From assembly GCA_951406725.2 (NCBI GenBank), contig OX597820.1:76942001-77006000 (forward strand): a stretch of DNA of 64,000 nt, given 5' to 3'. Origin of the DNA: Octopus vulgaris (Eukaryota). This document shows, in pieces, positions 39,497 to 52,091 of the stretch (the first letter of the stretch is position 1; each line of letters begins with the position of its first letter). Under the pieces are notes generated by a model, which worked only from the letters and a program-made list of their open reading frames with translations, was not told the DNA's origin and searched no databases. The position numbers were made by a program, and so were the translations under genes.

Positions 39497-39745
39497 GTAA
39501 TAGTAATAATAATGATAATAATATGTGTGTATATATATGAGCCTGTCTTTGTATATGAATAGAAACGGCTTGACAAGTGGTATTGGTATATTTACGGGCC
39601 ACCAACATAGAGCTTCAGTAAAGGAGAATGATAGAATAACTACGAGACCAAAACAAATAAACATTGGTGTCAACTTATTTGACTAAGTCCTTCATCGCTG
39701 TGCCCCAGCATGGACAATGACCAGTGACTGAAACACTTAAGAGAC
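39165..39745 (+). mobile_element. Old SINE family B with expanded internal (TA)n/(AAT)n
   Basis: gctgtgcggctaagg head, ggcttgacaagtggtattggt, and tgccccagcatgg..tgactgaaac tail. Confidence 0.6.
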
Positions 39746-40161
39746 GAACTATAAACGGCAGGAAACTGGCATGTTCAATCATCACAAAATATGATTTTCT
39801 TCACGATATTTTGGATGTTTCGTCATGTATTAATCTTGCTTGAATAGATCTAAACGACAATCATCCCACATTCTATTTTTAAATGATATATTGATTGAAG
39901 GCTTTTTAAACAGTCGAATGTTCGTGGAATGCTGTCTCGCATGTGCTTGTATCACTAGATGCGTTTTTTTTTATGTGAGTATTTATTTTGAAAGTACGTA
40001 ATTAGGGTCTTGCTTGAGTCACCAAGTAACCGATATTACCTAAAGAGTGTCGACCTATGTATGTGTTAGAGATATATGTCAGCATCAGAAAATCTATGAA
40101 AATCTATGAAAGTCTTGCTTAATTTGTTCATGAGTTAAACTGGAGCAAAATCTGCTTTCTT

Positions 40162-40508
40162 GATTTCGTCCGCCGCTGCGTTCTGAGTTTAAATTCCGGC
40201 GAGGTCGACTTTGCCTTTCATCCTTTTGGGGTCGATAAATTTAGTACCAGTTACGCATTGGGGTCGATGTAATTGACTTGATCCGTTTGTCTGTCCTTGT
40301 TTGTCCTATCTGTGTTTAGCCCCTTGTGGGTAGTAAAGAAATAGGTATTTCATCTGCGGCTAGCTTCTGAGTTCAAATTCCGCCGAGGTCGACTTTGCTT
40401 TTCATCCTCTTAGGGTCAATAAAATATGTACCAATTGTGTAATGAGATCGATCTAATCGATTGGTCCCTTTCCTCAAAATTTCGGGCCTTGTGCCTAGAG
40501 TAGAAAGG
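40162..40508 (+). mobile_element. Head-to-tail dimer of 5'-truncated SINE A copies (tail type 1, then tail type 2)
   Basis: Two ctgagtt.aaattcc.cgaggtcgactttgc units. The first ends ccttgtgggtagtaaagaaata and the second ends gggccttgtgcctagagtagaaag. Confidence 0.88.
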
Positions 40509-40745
40509 ACAATATGCTGGTTTTGCTTCTAAACCTAGGAATAAGTAGGAGTTTCGACAACAGTTTTGTTGAATATAAAGCACGCGCACTCAGATAAATA
40601 TTAAGTGAAATTTGCAACATGTTATTTTCCCATAAATCTTTTGTTGATCTTCAGAAGAAAAATATTCATAAATAAATATAAAAGTTATATGGTATCTACA
40701 GGAATAATATTGATAATGAAAGAAAGTTATAAGCTATGACTGGCC

Positions 40746-40780
<35 letters not shown>

Positions 40781-42215
40781 GTGTGTGTGTATCTGTATAT
40801 ATGCATGGATGTTTAAACACTATTAAATAATATTCATTTGTAAATTACTTTTCGAAAGTAAATAGCATCTAGTAACTGAAGCCAGACGAATAAAACGTTT
40901 TGTAATCCGGTATCAGTAGATTGCTATACGTTGCATGGTTTTGTAGCATTTACCATGACTGTCTGATATTTACGTATATTTTACATTTGTACGGATTGGT
41001 ATTAGGTGTCCGTTTTTTATTTTAGTCTGTGTTTACCCTAAGCCGAACTAAAATTTTTAACATCAGTTGAGTATGTTGAGAAAGTCGTTGGGATTAACTT
41101 GGCCTACTTCGTATCTTTTGCCATAATGTAGTCAAATTTGTGTTTTTAACACTGCAATAATTTGATTTAAAATACTTGCATTATGAGTTTTAAAACAGTG
41201 TGATAATTTAGATGGAAATAATTGAAAAATGAGTTGAAGTTTTAGACAGATTTTGATTTGTATTTCTCATTAAAAATGAAATTGAGGACAAACTTTCTTT
41301 GACAGTCCTAGACACACACTGACTGTAAATTTGAACTTGAGTTAAATAAAACATTCTTCCAAACTTTTTTATTAAAAATATTTCTTGATCGCATTTGTTG
41401 TAAAGAGCTAATAAAAGAACTAGGGAAATTAACATTAGCATATGATAGCAATGGTTAATATTCTCCATGGGGCCTGGTAACGGTCGAAAGTGAGACAATT
41501 ATTATTCACTATATATAACAATAGATATGAAAGGTGCCACTATCAAATGAATCAAATGCGCCGTGACCTCGTTTCCGAACATATTAACAAAGTCTCAACC
41601 AGCTCATCACCTTACAATTTATTTAATAACATTTCTAAATGATACTATTCGTCACTTATCGCTAGGCAACCATTGATTCTTACTGTAATTGTCCCTATGT
41701 GCTGCTTCGGTTATATATTTGGTGACGAGCAAACTTCGCTGACCATTCTAAATTAAAGATTATGACTATTAATCTGATACAAAAATACGCGAATACATGA
41801 CAGTTACGTATATCTAATCCCATATTTATTTGTACTTGAATATATAAACACGTTCATAGAACAGTACCTCACCGCATTTATAGTCAATGCAACACTTTTG
41901 TTTTCTGACAATTTCTTCCATGCACATTTCGCAGAAAAAGAAGAGTTAATTGCGAAAGAAGTGAATGGTAACACCAGTGATGTACAGGAACATAATATGA
42001 GACTAGACGAATGACGATATGTTTTATTTTATGCTGAACACACATTGACTAAAGTTTACTACGATACACTTACTCGTGCACTGTTCTATAAAAAAACTAC
42101 ATTCAACGATACTGAGTAAAAGTACACAGCGCTAATACATTTCCATATATTTGGCAACAAAACTGACATATATAAAGTAAGTCAGAATTTATGTTGTGTG
42201 AGTATATATACATGT

Positions 42216-42273
<58 letters not shown>

Positions 42274-42292
42274 ATATACGCATACATACATT

Positions 42293-42369
<77 letters not shown>

Positions 42370-42384
42370 CTACATGTAGACCTA

Positions 42385-42560
42385 GGCTATAAACAAGGCT
42401 CGTTTAATTAGAAGTTCGTTATGTAGTCATGTGGTATCAGGTTCACTCCCACTATACGGCACACCTTCAGTAAATGTCTCCTATATTTGCCCCCAACGCG
42501 ACCAATACCTTGTAATAAGTGAATTTGGTTGACGGACACTGTGTGAAACACAGTAATACA
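42385..42560 (+). mobile_element. Degenerate SINE family B head
   Basis: ggttcactcccacta..caccttcagtaaatgtctc..gaccaataccttg..gaatttggttgacggacactg. Confidence 0.55.
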
Positions 42561-42594
42561 TACATATATGCTCCATCATGAAACGTATAAAAGG

Positions 42595-42713
<119 letters not shown>

Positions 42714-43114
42714 TGTGTGTATGTGTGTGTGTATGTGTTTGTGGATATATATATATATATATATATATACGTATATAGGGGAACATGTCTGTGTACGTGC
42801 CTGTGTGTATACAGATAGATAGATAGGTAGGTAGATGTGGATGTATTTATATTCGATAAAGCATTTCGCAGCAAACAATATTACCATCGTGAAGGTAATC
42901 GATTTCTCCGCAAATTGGCTACAACACTAACATCTTGACGTCATTTCCCAAATATATTATATGTTTGTTTTTCACGCCAGACTACAGAATCATTTCAAAG
43001 GAAAACAGGATTAAGTCATGAATTGGCTAAACATCGGTTGTTTAACTCATGACCCATTAAGATTACTCTCTTACTTATCATTTATATTATAAAACAAGTA
43101 ATGACCAGCCGAAA

Positions 43115-43370
43115 TTTAAAATAAAACAGGACTATAAAGTCTAAGAATCGCTTCTCAAATGATTCAATTTAATTAGATATTTGTTTCGGTGTGTGCTTGT
43201 GGCCTGCCACCGGAACATGTAATTACTGGTATTGTAATCAATTCCACTTTTCTAATCGAATTAATCAGTCATTTAACAATTTTTGCTCTACGAAGAAATA
43301 TATATTAATTGATTGAACAAATTTTATCACACGTGTAAAGTAATGAGAGTCCCTTTTCTCTGTCTGTGTG
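43115..43370 (+). repeat. Unclassified ~250-bp repeat, inverted partner of 46260-46510
   Basis: atgattca.tttaattagatatt.gtttcggtgtgtgct...ccaccggaacatg..attactggta.tgtaatc is shared in opposite orientation. Confidence 0.85.
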
Positions 43371-44335
43371 TTTGCGTGTGTTTGTGGCAGTTTGTCCATG
43401 AGTGCGTTTGTGTCTGTGCGTTTGTGCATGCGCGTTTGTGTGTGCGGTGTTTGTGAATTTGTATGAAATAAATAAGGGGAAAAAATCATGCTATGTGTTT
43501 ATGCGTTTGTAGAAATGTGTTTGCCAGTATACCTCTCCAGTTCTCTTTCCCCCTCACACTGAATTCTGTGTAAGACACGGTAAGAGGGGGAGTGAGAAAG
43601 TGAGAGAGAGGATAGGGATATATAAATCAAGAGAGAAGGTCAGAGAAGGGAGAGAGAAATAGGATAGAAGAGAAAATGAAAGAGGTGACAGGGCAATAGG
43701 GAGGAAGAGAACAATATTTTTTACATGTATGGATGGGAAGTGAGAGCGTGAGTAAATGATCAAGAAACACAAAAGAGAGAGAGAGAGAGAGTGATAGAGT
43801 GAGAGAGAGAGAAAGAGTATATAATTCACACATCCGTTTCAGAAGCATGCTTGTGTACTTTACTCTGTGATTAGATTTACACTTTTGACACATGACTTGT
43901 TAGTAAACACAGTGAACGTATTATTGAACAAATTACCATCTAGTTGTTTAGAATATTGAATAATTTTCCAATATATATGTTTCTCTCATAAAGCATGCTA
44001 AATAATAGCTTTGCCAGTCACCAATTATACTGAGGTTAGTTATTTCATATTTACAGCATTATTGATAAAATCCCTTCCGTTCGACTTCCTATAATGTAAT
44101 TAGAACTATTTTACGAATCGATGTCATCGCTATATAATGCAGCACTTTAAACACATAACGTTTATGTTTGACATCGTAAATATAATCTTCAGAGAAACTA
44201 TCGCTGTTAGACTGACAATCTATACAGAACGGTGATCTTTGTTTTTCAGTTTTTTTCATTCAGTTAGCAAAGATAAAAGATGCCCAGAAGTACTTCAGAG
44301 ATGATTTGTAAAAAATAGCTAATTATCGGAATGTT

Positions 44336-44390
<55 letters not shown>

Positions 44391-44609
44391 CATACATAAA
44401 TACATACATACATACATACATACATACGTACATACATACGTACATACATACATACATACATACATACAATGACATATACTCTGTTGTGCATGTTAAATTC
44501 CAAAGAAGAGCTTTGGCTTGAGGTTAGAAACCAGGCCTTTCTCTATTGGCAAGAAAACGTGAAATAAGACAGAACAGTTACACACACTCAAACACACTCA
44601 CACACAAAT

Positions 44610-44641
<32 letters not shown>

Positions 44642-44867
44642 GGAGACCGAGAGAAAAATTCAAAGTTAGAGAGACACACACACAAGAAACTGAATATCGT
44701 ATCGGAATTACTTGATAAAAAAAGTATAAGCGTGAATCTTGTCAGTAAAGTTTCTTGTGCTTTGGGAGAGGAATTATGCCAATAATTGTAGCACACGCAC
44801 AGGTTCAATTCCACTTCTTTATTGGTTAAATATCTAACCAACTACCAAATCGGTCGTTTGTTTAAAG

Positions 44868-45358
44868 CAAGGATTTTTATCCATTTTTTTTTATCTATGG
44901 GTCCCTTTGATTACTGTTTTAACCTGGTGGACCCCCCACGGTCATTCGATGATTCAAAACTAGTTTTATAGGAACTTCTTGCAACATTCCTATTTTGTTG
45001 GCTCACATTCACTATGTAAAATGTTTGAGAAAGAAATGTAACTGTTTCTTGCAGTGCATACAACTATAGCAAACCTTTTTAGGGGCCCTTAATAAGCTAC
45101 TGTGGATCCCAAATATACTGTTTTGTTTTATGGACCCCCAGCAATCGTATATGGACCTTCAGATGTCATACCTAAAGGATCATAATGAGAAACTTAGCTG
45201 TTTTTGCAAACATTGCAATATATGCACCGAAAGGGAAATCATCTGCGGGTGCCTTAAAATACTATCGTAGATCCCCAATTCATTATTTTGTAGCGTGGAC
45301 CTCCAAAAGCTCTTATATGGATCCTCGGGGCCATATGGCTCCCGATTGAGAACCACTG
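44868..45358. mobile_element. hAT (Charlie-like) non-autonomous DNA transposon / MITE
   Basis: Right TIR ttgagaaccactg and degenerate left TIR caaggatttttat. Many internal ggaccc/gggtcc motifs. 8-bp flanks gtttaaag / gtgtagag. Confidence 0.65.
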
Positions 45359-45749
45359 GTGTAGAGTGTTGGTTAAACAATCAATCGCTAGTTTGTTATT
45401 CAAAGTTCTTACTTCGCTGTTCACGGCATCTTTAGTGAGTCGGAGACTTTACTATTTCCTAACATAAATTGATAGTGTGAATTGTTGTAAAGCAATTTGT
45501 TTAAATAATCGGTAAAGAATTTCGTGATACATATTTTATTATTATTATTAGCCATTTTCTAAATATGGCATCTCATCACATGAGTCAGATGAATTGATAC
45601 TCCAGTTTGAAACCCGACTCAAGTATACTATTTTCATTGCTCTAATAAACACATTAAATGTATAGACTAAAGGTGATGTGTCCATACGCCGATAAACACA
45701 CGATACACTACAATATTTTCGGTTACAAGGGCTGTGAGCTGACAGAATC

Positions 45750-45933
45750 GTTATCACGCCGAGCGAAATGAGTAGCAGTATTTCGTTTACTGTTACGTTC
45801 TGAGTTCAAACTTCGCCGACGTGGACTTTGCTTTTTGTCCTTGTGGGGTTGATTATATAATCACAAGTTATACCATTTGTCTGTCGTTGTTTTTCCCCTC
45901 TATGTTTAGCACCTTGTGGGCAATAATGAAATA
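45750..45933 (+). mobile_element. SINE family A, degenerate
   Basis: gttacgttctgagttcaaacttcgccgacgtggactttgc...tttagcaccttgtgggcaataatgaaata. Confidence 0.85.
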
Positions 45934-46259
45934 AATGTTTATGGTGCCAAATGAAAGAAGGCAGACGTTATTTGTTCAAACACAAGTGCTGTACGTAAGA
46001 GTTTAAATACAGTTCACATACTTGAGCCTACACTTGCTGACCTCACCCATCACTGCATGAATACATTCGGTTAATTTCGATGTAAATATATGTGTTGTAT
46101 CCGCTGCTTTTTTAATCATAACTACTCATCAAGCTAATGATTTCTCCCTCCCGACGGATGAAATTTTAATTAACAATGTTTAAAAACTGTAACTGTTGAT
46201 CAAACACACGCAGGTATTCGCCCGCGCGAACACGTTCACACACACATATAGGCAGACAC

Positions 46260-46510
46260 ACACTGAAGCACACAGGGAACACATATTAGGTTACATTTGT
46301 AATAAAAAGTTAATTAATATAAATTTCTTTATAGAATTCCTTTATAGACCAAAAATTGTTAAATAATTGACACGATTAGAAAAGACAAATCGATTACAGT
46401 ACCAGTAATCATGTTCCGGTGGTAGGCTGTGAGCACACACCGAAACGAATATCTAATTAAAGTGAATCATTTTAAAAGATGGTTCTTTAATTTTACAGTT
46501 TTATTTTATG
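46260..46510 (-). repeat. Inverted partner of 43115-43370
   Basis: See 43115-43370. Confidence 0.85.
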
Positions 46511-47413
46511 CTACTACTAGTTGCTACTTAATTTAGAATATAGTTGACCAGTAAGACACTAGTATTCATGGATCACGGTTAAACGTCCGAAATGTAGAGG
46601 ATTCATGACTTACTCTCGATTTACAAGGATATTTGAAAGCCTGAAGCATTGAGGTACTGACCTTGTTCTGAAATTTTCATGCTTCGAATTCTTTCATAGC
46701 CATTTTATCCTTGAAATAACTTCGAATGTCTGAGGTATGCACGACTGCCCAGAAACGACCGTTTATATTCTGTTGTTCTTCGTATTGATGTTTGCTCGAA
46801 TGTAAATGAGAAACATTTTCGTATGTCTTGATGCTTTTGGAATACTTACAGCTAATTTCATTTTTTAGCGCACAAAGCTGTAGCAGAAATTTCAAGAGAA
46901 TTTCATCTGATAATCCAGTACTCTGCCCTGTAATGGAAAATATTTCTCAATTCTGGAAATATAAAGAACAAAGTTGACGTCATCTGGAATACACTCAGAT
47001 GGAGAGAAGACGAAACACCGACAAAATTCGCTAATATTTATTGGGCATCTCTGTATTCAGTAGGTTAAAACCCATTTACATACAGAGAATGTAGGGAATA
47101 ATTATTGCCACATATAATTGGAGGTGATAATATAATGAATCTAGAAGTGGGCTTGTGGTAAGTAAATAAAAAGTAATTAAAAATAGTCTACGACTGAAAT
47201 AATTGTGATAATTTCGATACTTGTGTAAAAACACGCTGGTCATGTTTCAGTATCTTATGAAAACCATACTTTGCGAAATGTAGACATCAACGTAATCACA
47301 TATGAAATCTTAGCACGATCATTAATTCAATGCATAATAAATTACACTGGAAGCCATAGAAAAGGAGAAATAAATAGCGTAGACATTTCACTGCTTATTT
47401 TTTAATTTTGTAT

Positions 47414-47492
<79 letters not shown>

Positions 47493-48572
47493 TATATATA
47501 TATAACAGCTTCATTCATATATTTATCCAATATGTCTGTCGCATTTTGTCTACGTGCGTTGTAATGCAAACTAAAAATGATCAATAATTTTATGTCTTTG
47601 GCAAAATCCTCATTTATGTGACTACAATATATTATTTTGTAAACTAGAATTTAGTATGTGTGAGTCTGTGTTTATTTACCTATAAAAGGGCATAATCGTT
47701 CATGTGTTTTCCAATATAAATCAACCATATTCTATCTATGTGATAAAAGTAACATTAAAAAATGATCAATAATTCTATAACTATAGTAAAAACCACTTAA
47801 ATTAGTTCAGTAAATTTTTGTGTATTAGTATTATATGATTATAATGTCCATTGCGTGTTTGTATTTCATATGTTAGGGTCACACAGTGAAATACAGCCCA
47901 TTACTTCAACTCCATTTATATAGGTTAAATGACTTTGTTAGTATGGTCCATTATTCAACAATATTTTATGAGTTTACAATCGGAAACATTGCATTATATA
48001 TGTACGCGTTTCGGTATCAAAAATTATTCAGCTAACGCCATAGTTTACATCTAAATAAGTCTGAATAATTTAGAGTTTGCAAAAGTAAAGTCTGCTGTAA
48101 ATTGAAATATTTGAGTTTAGTAAAAGAAATCAAAAAATATTTAATGAGAATAGTAGATTCAATATTTCTTAACTCTGAGTTATAATCGAGACACGCAAAG
48201 GAAATTATATATGAAATTATACGAAAATTAATGGTATTAGTTTGAAACTGAAAACATTAATCTTCCTTGAGAAGAAATATTAACGCTAGTATATTTTTAT
48301 TTGAAATATATAGCAATATCATATTCATGATGGCGTAGGTATCAAATAAAGGTATAGAAATTCTTAAAAATATTATAAGATATCTCATTTATTCTCAATG
48401 TATTTACATATGTAGTGTGTCAGTCATATCTCTATCAACACTATCTATGGAAGCACTTAATAGGTAAGCACAAAGACAGAGGAAGTTATAAAATGTTTCA
48501 TAACCTTGTTTTTAATGAAACAAACACTCTGTATCGCAGAGGTTTGTGAACAAACATAGACATATATATATA

Positions 48573-48643
<71 letters not shown>

Positions 48644-48661
48644 TGCATATATTTCGTTTTT

Positions 48662-48808
48662 GGGAAGAGAGTCAAGACTATTGAAAAGGTTGCAAGACGC
48701 AACAAAAATTTTAGAAAAATACAAAATAAGAAATAAGTGGAAATTTTACTGGCGAGTGTGTTAAATCACAAGGCACAAAAAGAAAATTACTCTCCCCAGA
48801 CACAACAG
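48662..48808 (-). mobile_element. Solo terminal (pLTR) segment of the Naiad-type PLE family
   Basis: Matches 3596-3737 and the reverse complement of 187-330. Flanked by (TA)n. Confidence 0.9.
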
Positions 48809-48922
48809 TATATGCATATATATATATATATATATACGGCTATGTCTGTGTGTGACTGTATGTGTGTGCGTGTGTGTTTTTATATGTTCATATAAATTTC
48901 TATGTAATATATGTTCATATGA

Positions 48923-48959
<37 letters not shown>

Positions 48960-49169
48960 CGGAGAAAGTCAAACTTCGTCTTTTCATTAATTGCTAATAA
49001 CGCATGCTCACATATATATGTATTGCTTCATCCCATAAATAATGCAGTTTTCTAATACTTCTTTTTAATTTTGAGGACTACGGAATATATGATAATCAGA
49101 TAGGGCAATGTTCGGTGCATATGGTGGGTGGGGCATCGTTTCCCATTCAAACTACCCCAGCCTCTGGAA

Positions 49170-49440
49170 TGTCATCCTCGCTGCATGATGATTCGGAAAG
49201 TTGTGAGGAACTCATTCACCCAATTTTCTTACTTTCCCAATGGAACTCAGGTGTCGATGAATGGGTGAATGACCAAGTCCCAGTTTCTCTGCTAGTTCCT
49301 CAACAATTACGATGAGATGTCTTTTCCACCGAGATTTGATGGACATCCTCGTTGAGCTCTACAGATCTTCCAGGACGAGGCTCGTCCTCTAGACTGTAGG
49401 TTCCGGCTCGGAATTTCTAGAACTACCGTTGAATACTATT
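49170..49440 (-). pseudogene. Mariner transposase N-terminal (HTH) fragment
   Basis: IQR*F*KFRAGTYSLEDEPRPGRS...EELAEKLGLGHSPIHRHLSSIGKVRKLGE*VPH; LEDEPRSGRP- and WVPH-like motifs. Confidence 0.85.
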
Positions 49441-50010
49441 CCACTACCATAGGATGACTCCCAGACAGCAATTCTCCCAACTCATCCAGGTAAAGAGAAA
49501 AAATAACGCATCCACCCGGCTTTGATCAACTATATACACGTTTATGGATTAAAGAGAAGTAAAATTTTATTTTTACTCATTTATTTCCGTCTTCAGTATA
49601 GTATTTCAATTATAAATTCGAGAGTACTAATAATTAAAATATTATTCGACCAAGCGCCATCGAAGTAGCTTATATCCCAGGACTTCTGAATTTATATAGA
49701 CGAGTGAGAACACGCATTCTTCCCCAATCACTCACGTGTGCTACAAGTAATCTGGCAGATTCGTTATTTTTTCTCTTTACCTGCATGAGTTGTGAGTATT
49801 GCTGGCTGGTAGTTATCTTATGGTAGTGCAATATTATCTAACTACTATTTATAAATTTCGGTATATGGTGAAGCAATTTTTCTGAACCCTAATTATAATT
49901 ATACTTATAATCATAGAATTTTTGTATAAAGTTACCGATAATAGTTCTTCTAACATAACGAACTACTTGGTAAAATTATTAATTATTAATTGATTAATTA
50001 ATTTTACCCG
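49440..50010 (-). mobile_element. Family X element with an internal inverted segment (~49440-49512 vs ~49758-49830)
   Basis: ccagacagcaattctcccaactcatccaggtaaagagaaaaaataacg is the reverse complement of cgttattttttctctttacctgcatgagttgtgagtattgctggctgg with few mismatches. The right part matches 9350-9560. Confidence 0.75.
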
Positions 50011-50086
50011 TATGTATGTATGTATGTATGTATGTATGTATGTATGTATGTATGTATGTATGTATGTATGTATGCATATATCTATA

Positions 50087-50651
50087 CAGGGTGCGATGGA
50101 TAAATTATCGCCATTTCATACCTTTCATTTCACGCAGGCACATTGCGTGTTTTGGGATTTGTCGACTACACAATACAGAATAGTTGGTTGGGCACCGTTT
50201 GTGCGAAAAACACCACCATGTCGCAATGAACTCTGCCAGAAGTTTGGAAATGACATTCTGTACAGGTTGGTATTTACTTCAGAAGCTCCAATACGAATAT
50301 TTCAGAGTGCTTGGGTGTCAATCTGAGGACACTGCAATCTGAGGATATGTACCGAGTGTGGTGAAAAATCAAGCATCCAATCAACATCATGATGTTTGAT
50401 GTGATCACTATTAATGGTGTTATGCATCCATTTATCTTCCCACACTGCCTCAGACTCAGAAGAGAGGCCTATATCATGTGCCTGGAGGAGGTAGTGCTAT
50501 CTTCGGTCATGGCGATTTAATGGAATAAATTTACTCTGAAGTATTTCAAGATATTTCCATGTAATTTTGATAAGTATATCTACTAAAATGAGATTTCAGT
50601 GTTATTTTTATGTTTGCGCAATTTAGACGACAGTTATTTCACCACACCCTG
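50087..50651 (+). mobile_element. Internally deleted Tc1/mariner (DD37D/maT-like) element
   Basis: TA|cagggtg...caccctg|TA ends. Internal KHPINIMMFDVITINGVMHPFIFPH..RL..EAYIMCLEEVVL. Confidence 0.82.
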
Positions 50652-51335
50652 TATATATATATGTGTGTATGTATGAATGTATGTATGTATGTATGTATGT
50701 ATGTATATATATATATATGTGTGTGTGTGTGTATGTATATATATACATATACATACATACATACATACACACATACGTACATACATACATGCATACATAT
50801 ATGCACGTGTTTGTGTATGTGTGTGTGTGTGTTCTCTATCTGCATTAGTGCGTTCGTGGTAAAGTAGATGAATCTATTTCCGCACCCAATTCGGAATTTT
50901 GAAGCAGCAGTTAGCTCTTCAGACGTCCGCTATGCAACCAAGTATTCATGGCACCATGAAACCTCCTCAACGATAAAACTCCTATGCAGCATTTTATGTG
51001 TCACACATACAATAGAATCGCTATAGGGAACTAAATGCTAGCAAAGGGTAAGTTCATCTTAGGCTCTGTTCCCTATGCTGGTTGCAGTATATCGCAATAG
51101 CATCAGCATTATTTCATGTGTATTTAACACCCCATTCTTTGTAACTTCATGACTTTCATACATGAAATTTACTCATTCTTTTATAGCCTTGAATTTGGTG
51201 GCCATTCGGATTTAATGATATAGATGTGATTTATTAAAGCGAAACACAGAAGAAAGCGAGGTTGGGCATTACGAAAGTCACAATAACGCAGTTAAACGAT
51301 CATAGCAGCATTTTATAATGTGTATTGTGTGCAAC

Positions 51336-51400
<65 letters not shown>

Positions 51401-51423
51401 CATATACATAAATATATATGCAA

Positions 51424-51508
<85 letters not shown>

Positions 51509-51619
51509 CATCTATATTTATATATATATAAACACATATGTATATCACTAGTTCCTAATCTAGTGAACGCTAACTGTGTGGAAGATACAAACATGGAGAA
51601 ATTGAAATTAAACATATGT

Positions 51620-52040
51620 AGCCCTATGCCTTGCCACACAATCAGGAGGACCCAGTCATGGCTGACAGATAATTTCTGAGACCACATCCCCCCTAGCATA
51701 CGGCCACCTATATCTCCAGGGTATACACCACTTGATTAATATGTCCGAAGCGCAGTTGGTCAGGAGACCAACAAAATTCCTTGGAATCGCCAAGTTGATC
51801 TGAAGGCAAGAATTATGGTAATATTCACCAACTTAAACAAGATCATCTATAAGATTTGCAAAAGATTTCGATGTCATCTGGAGGCCGAGTTTGAAACCAA
51901 TGGCAAATTTATCAAATGAATTTACTCTATAGCATTTCAAGATATTCCTATGCAATTTTGATAAATGTATCTATTAAAATAAGAAGATAGTGTTATTTTC
52001 CTTTTTGAGTAATTTAGACGACAATATATTCACCGCACTG
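51620..52040 (+). mobile_element. 3' part of a related DD37D/maT-like transposase and right end
   Basis: [37 protein letters not shown] (WPPNSPDxNPLDY-like)...KICKRFRCHLEA. The 3' end is homologous to 50520-50651. Confidence 0.82.
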
Positions 52041-52048
52041 TATATATT

Positions 52049-52091
<43 letters not shown>

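Noticed and set aside
44155-44195. Minus-strand CTGAAGA...aaacgtt motif
   Set aside because: G12 is missing and helix pairing is poor.
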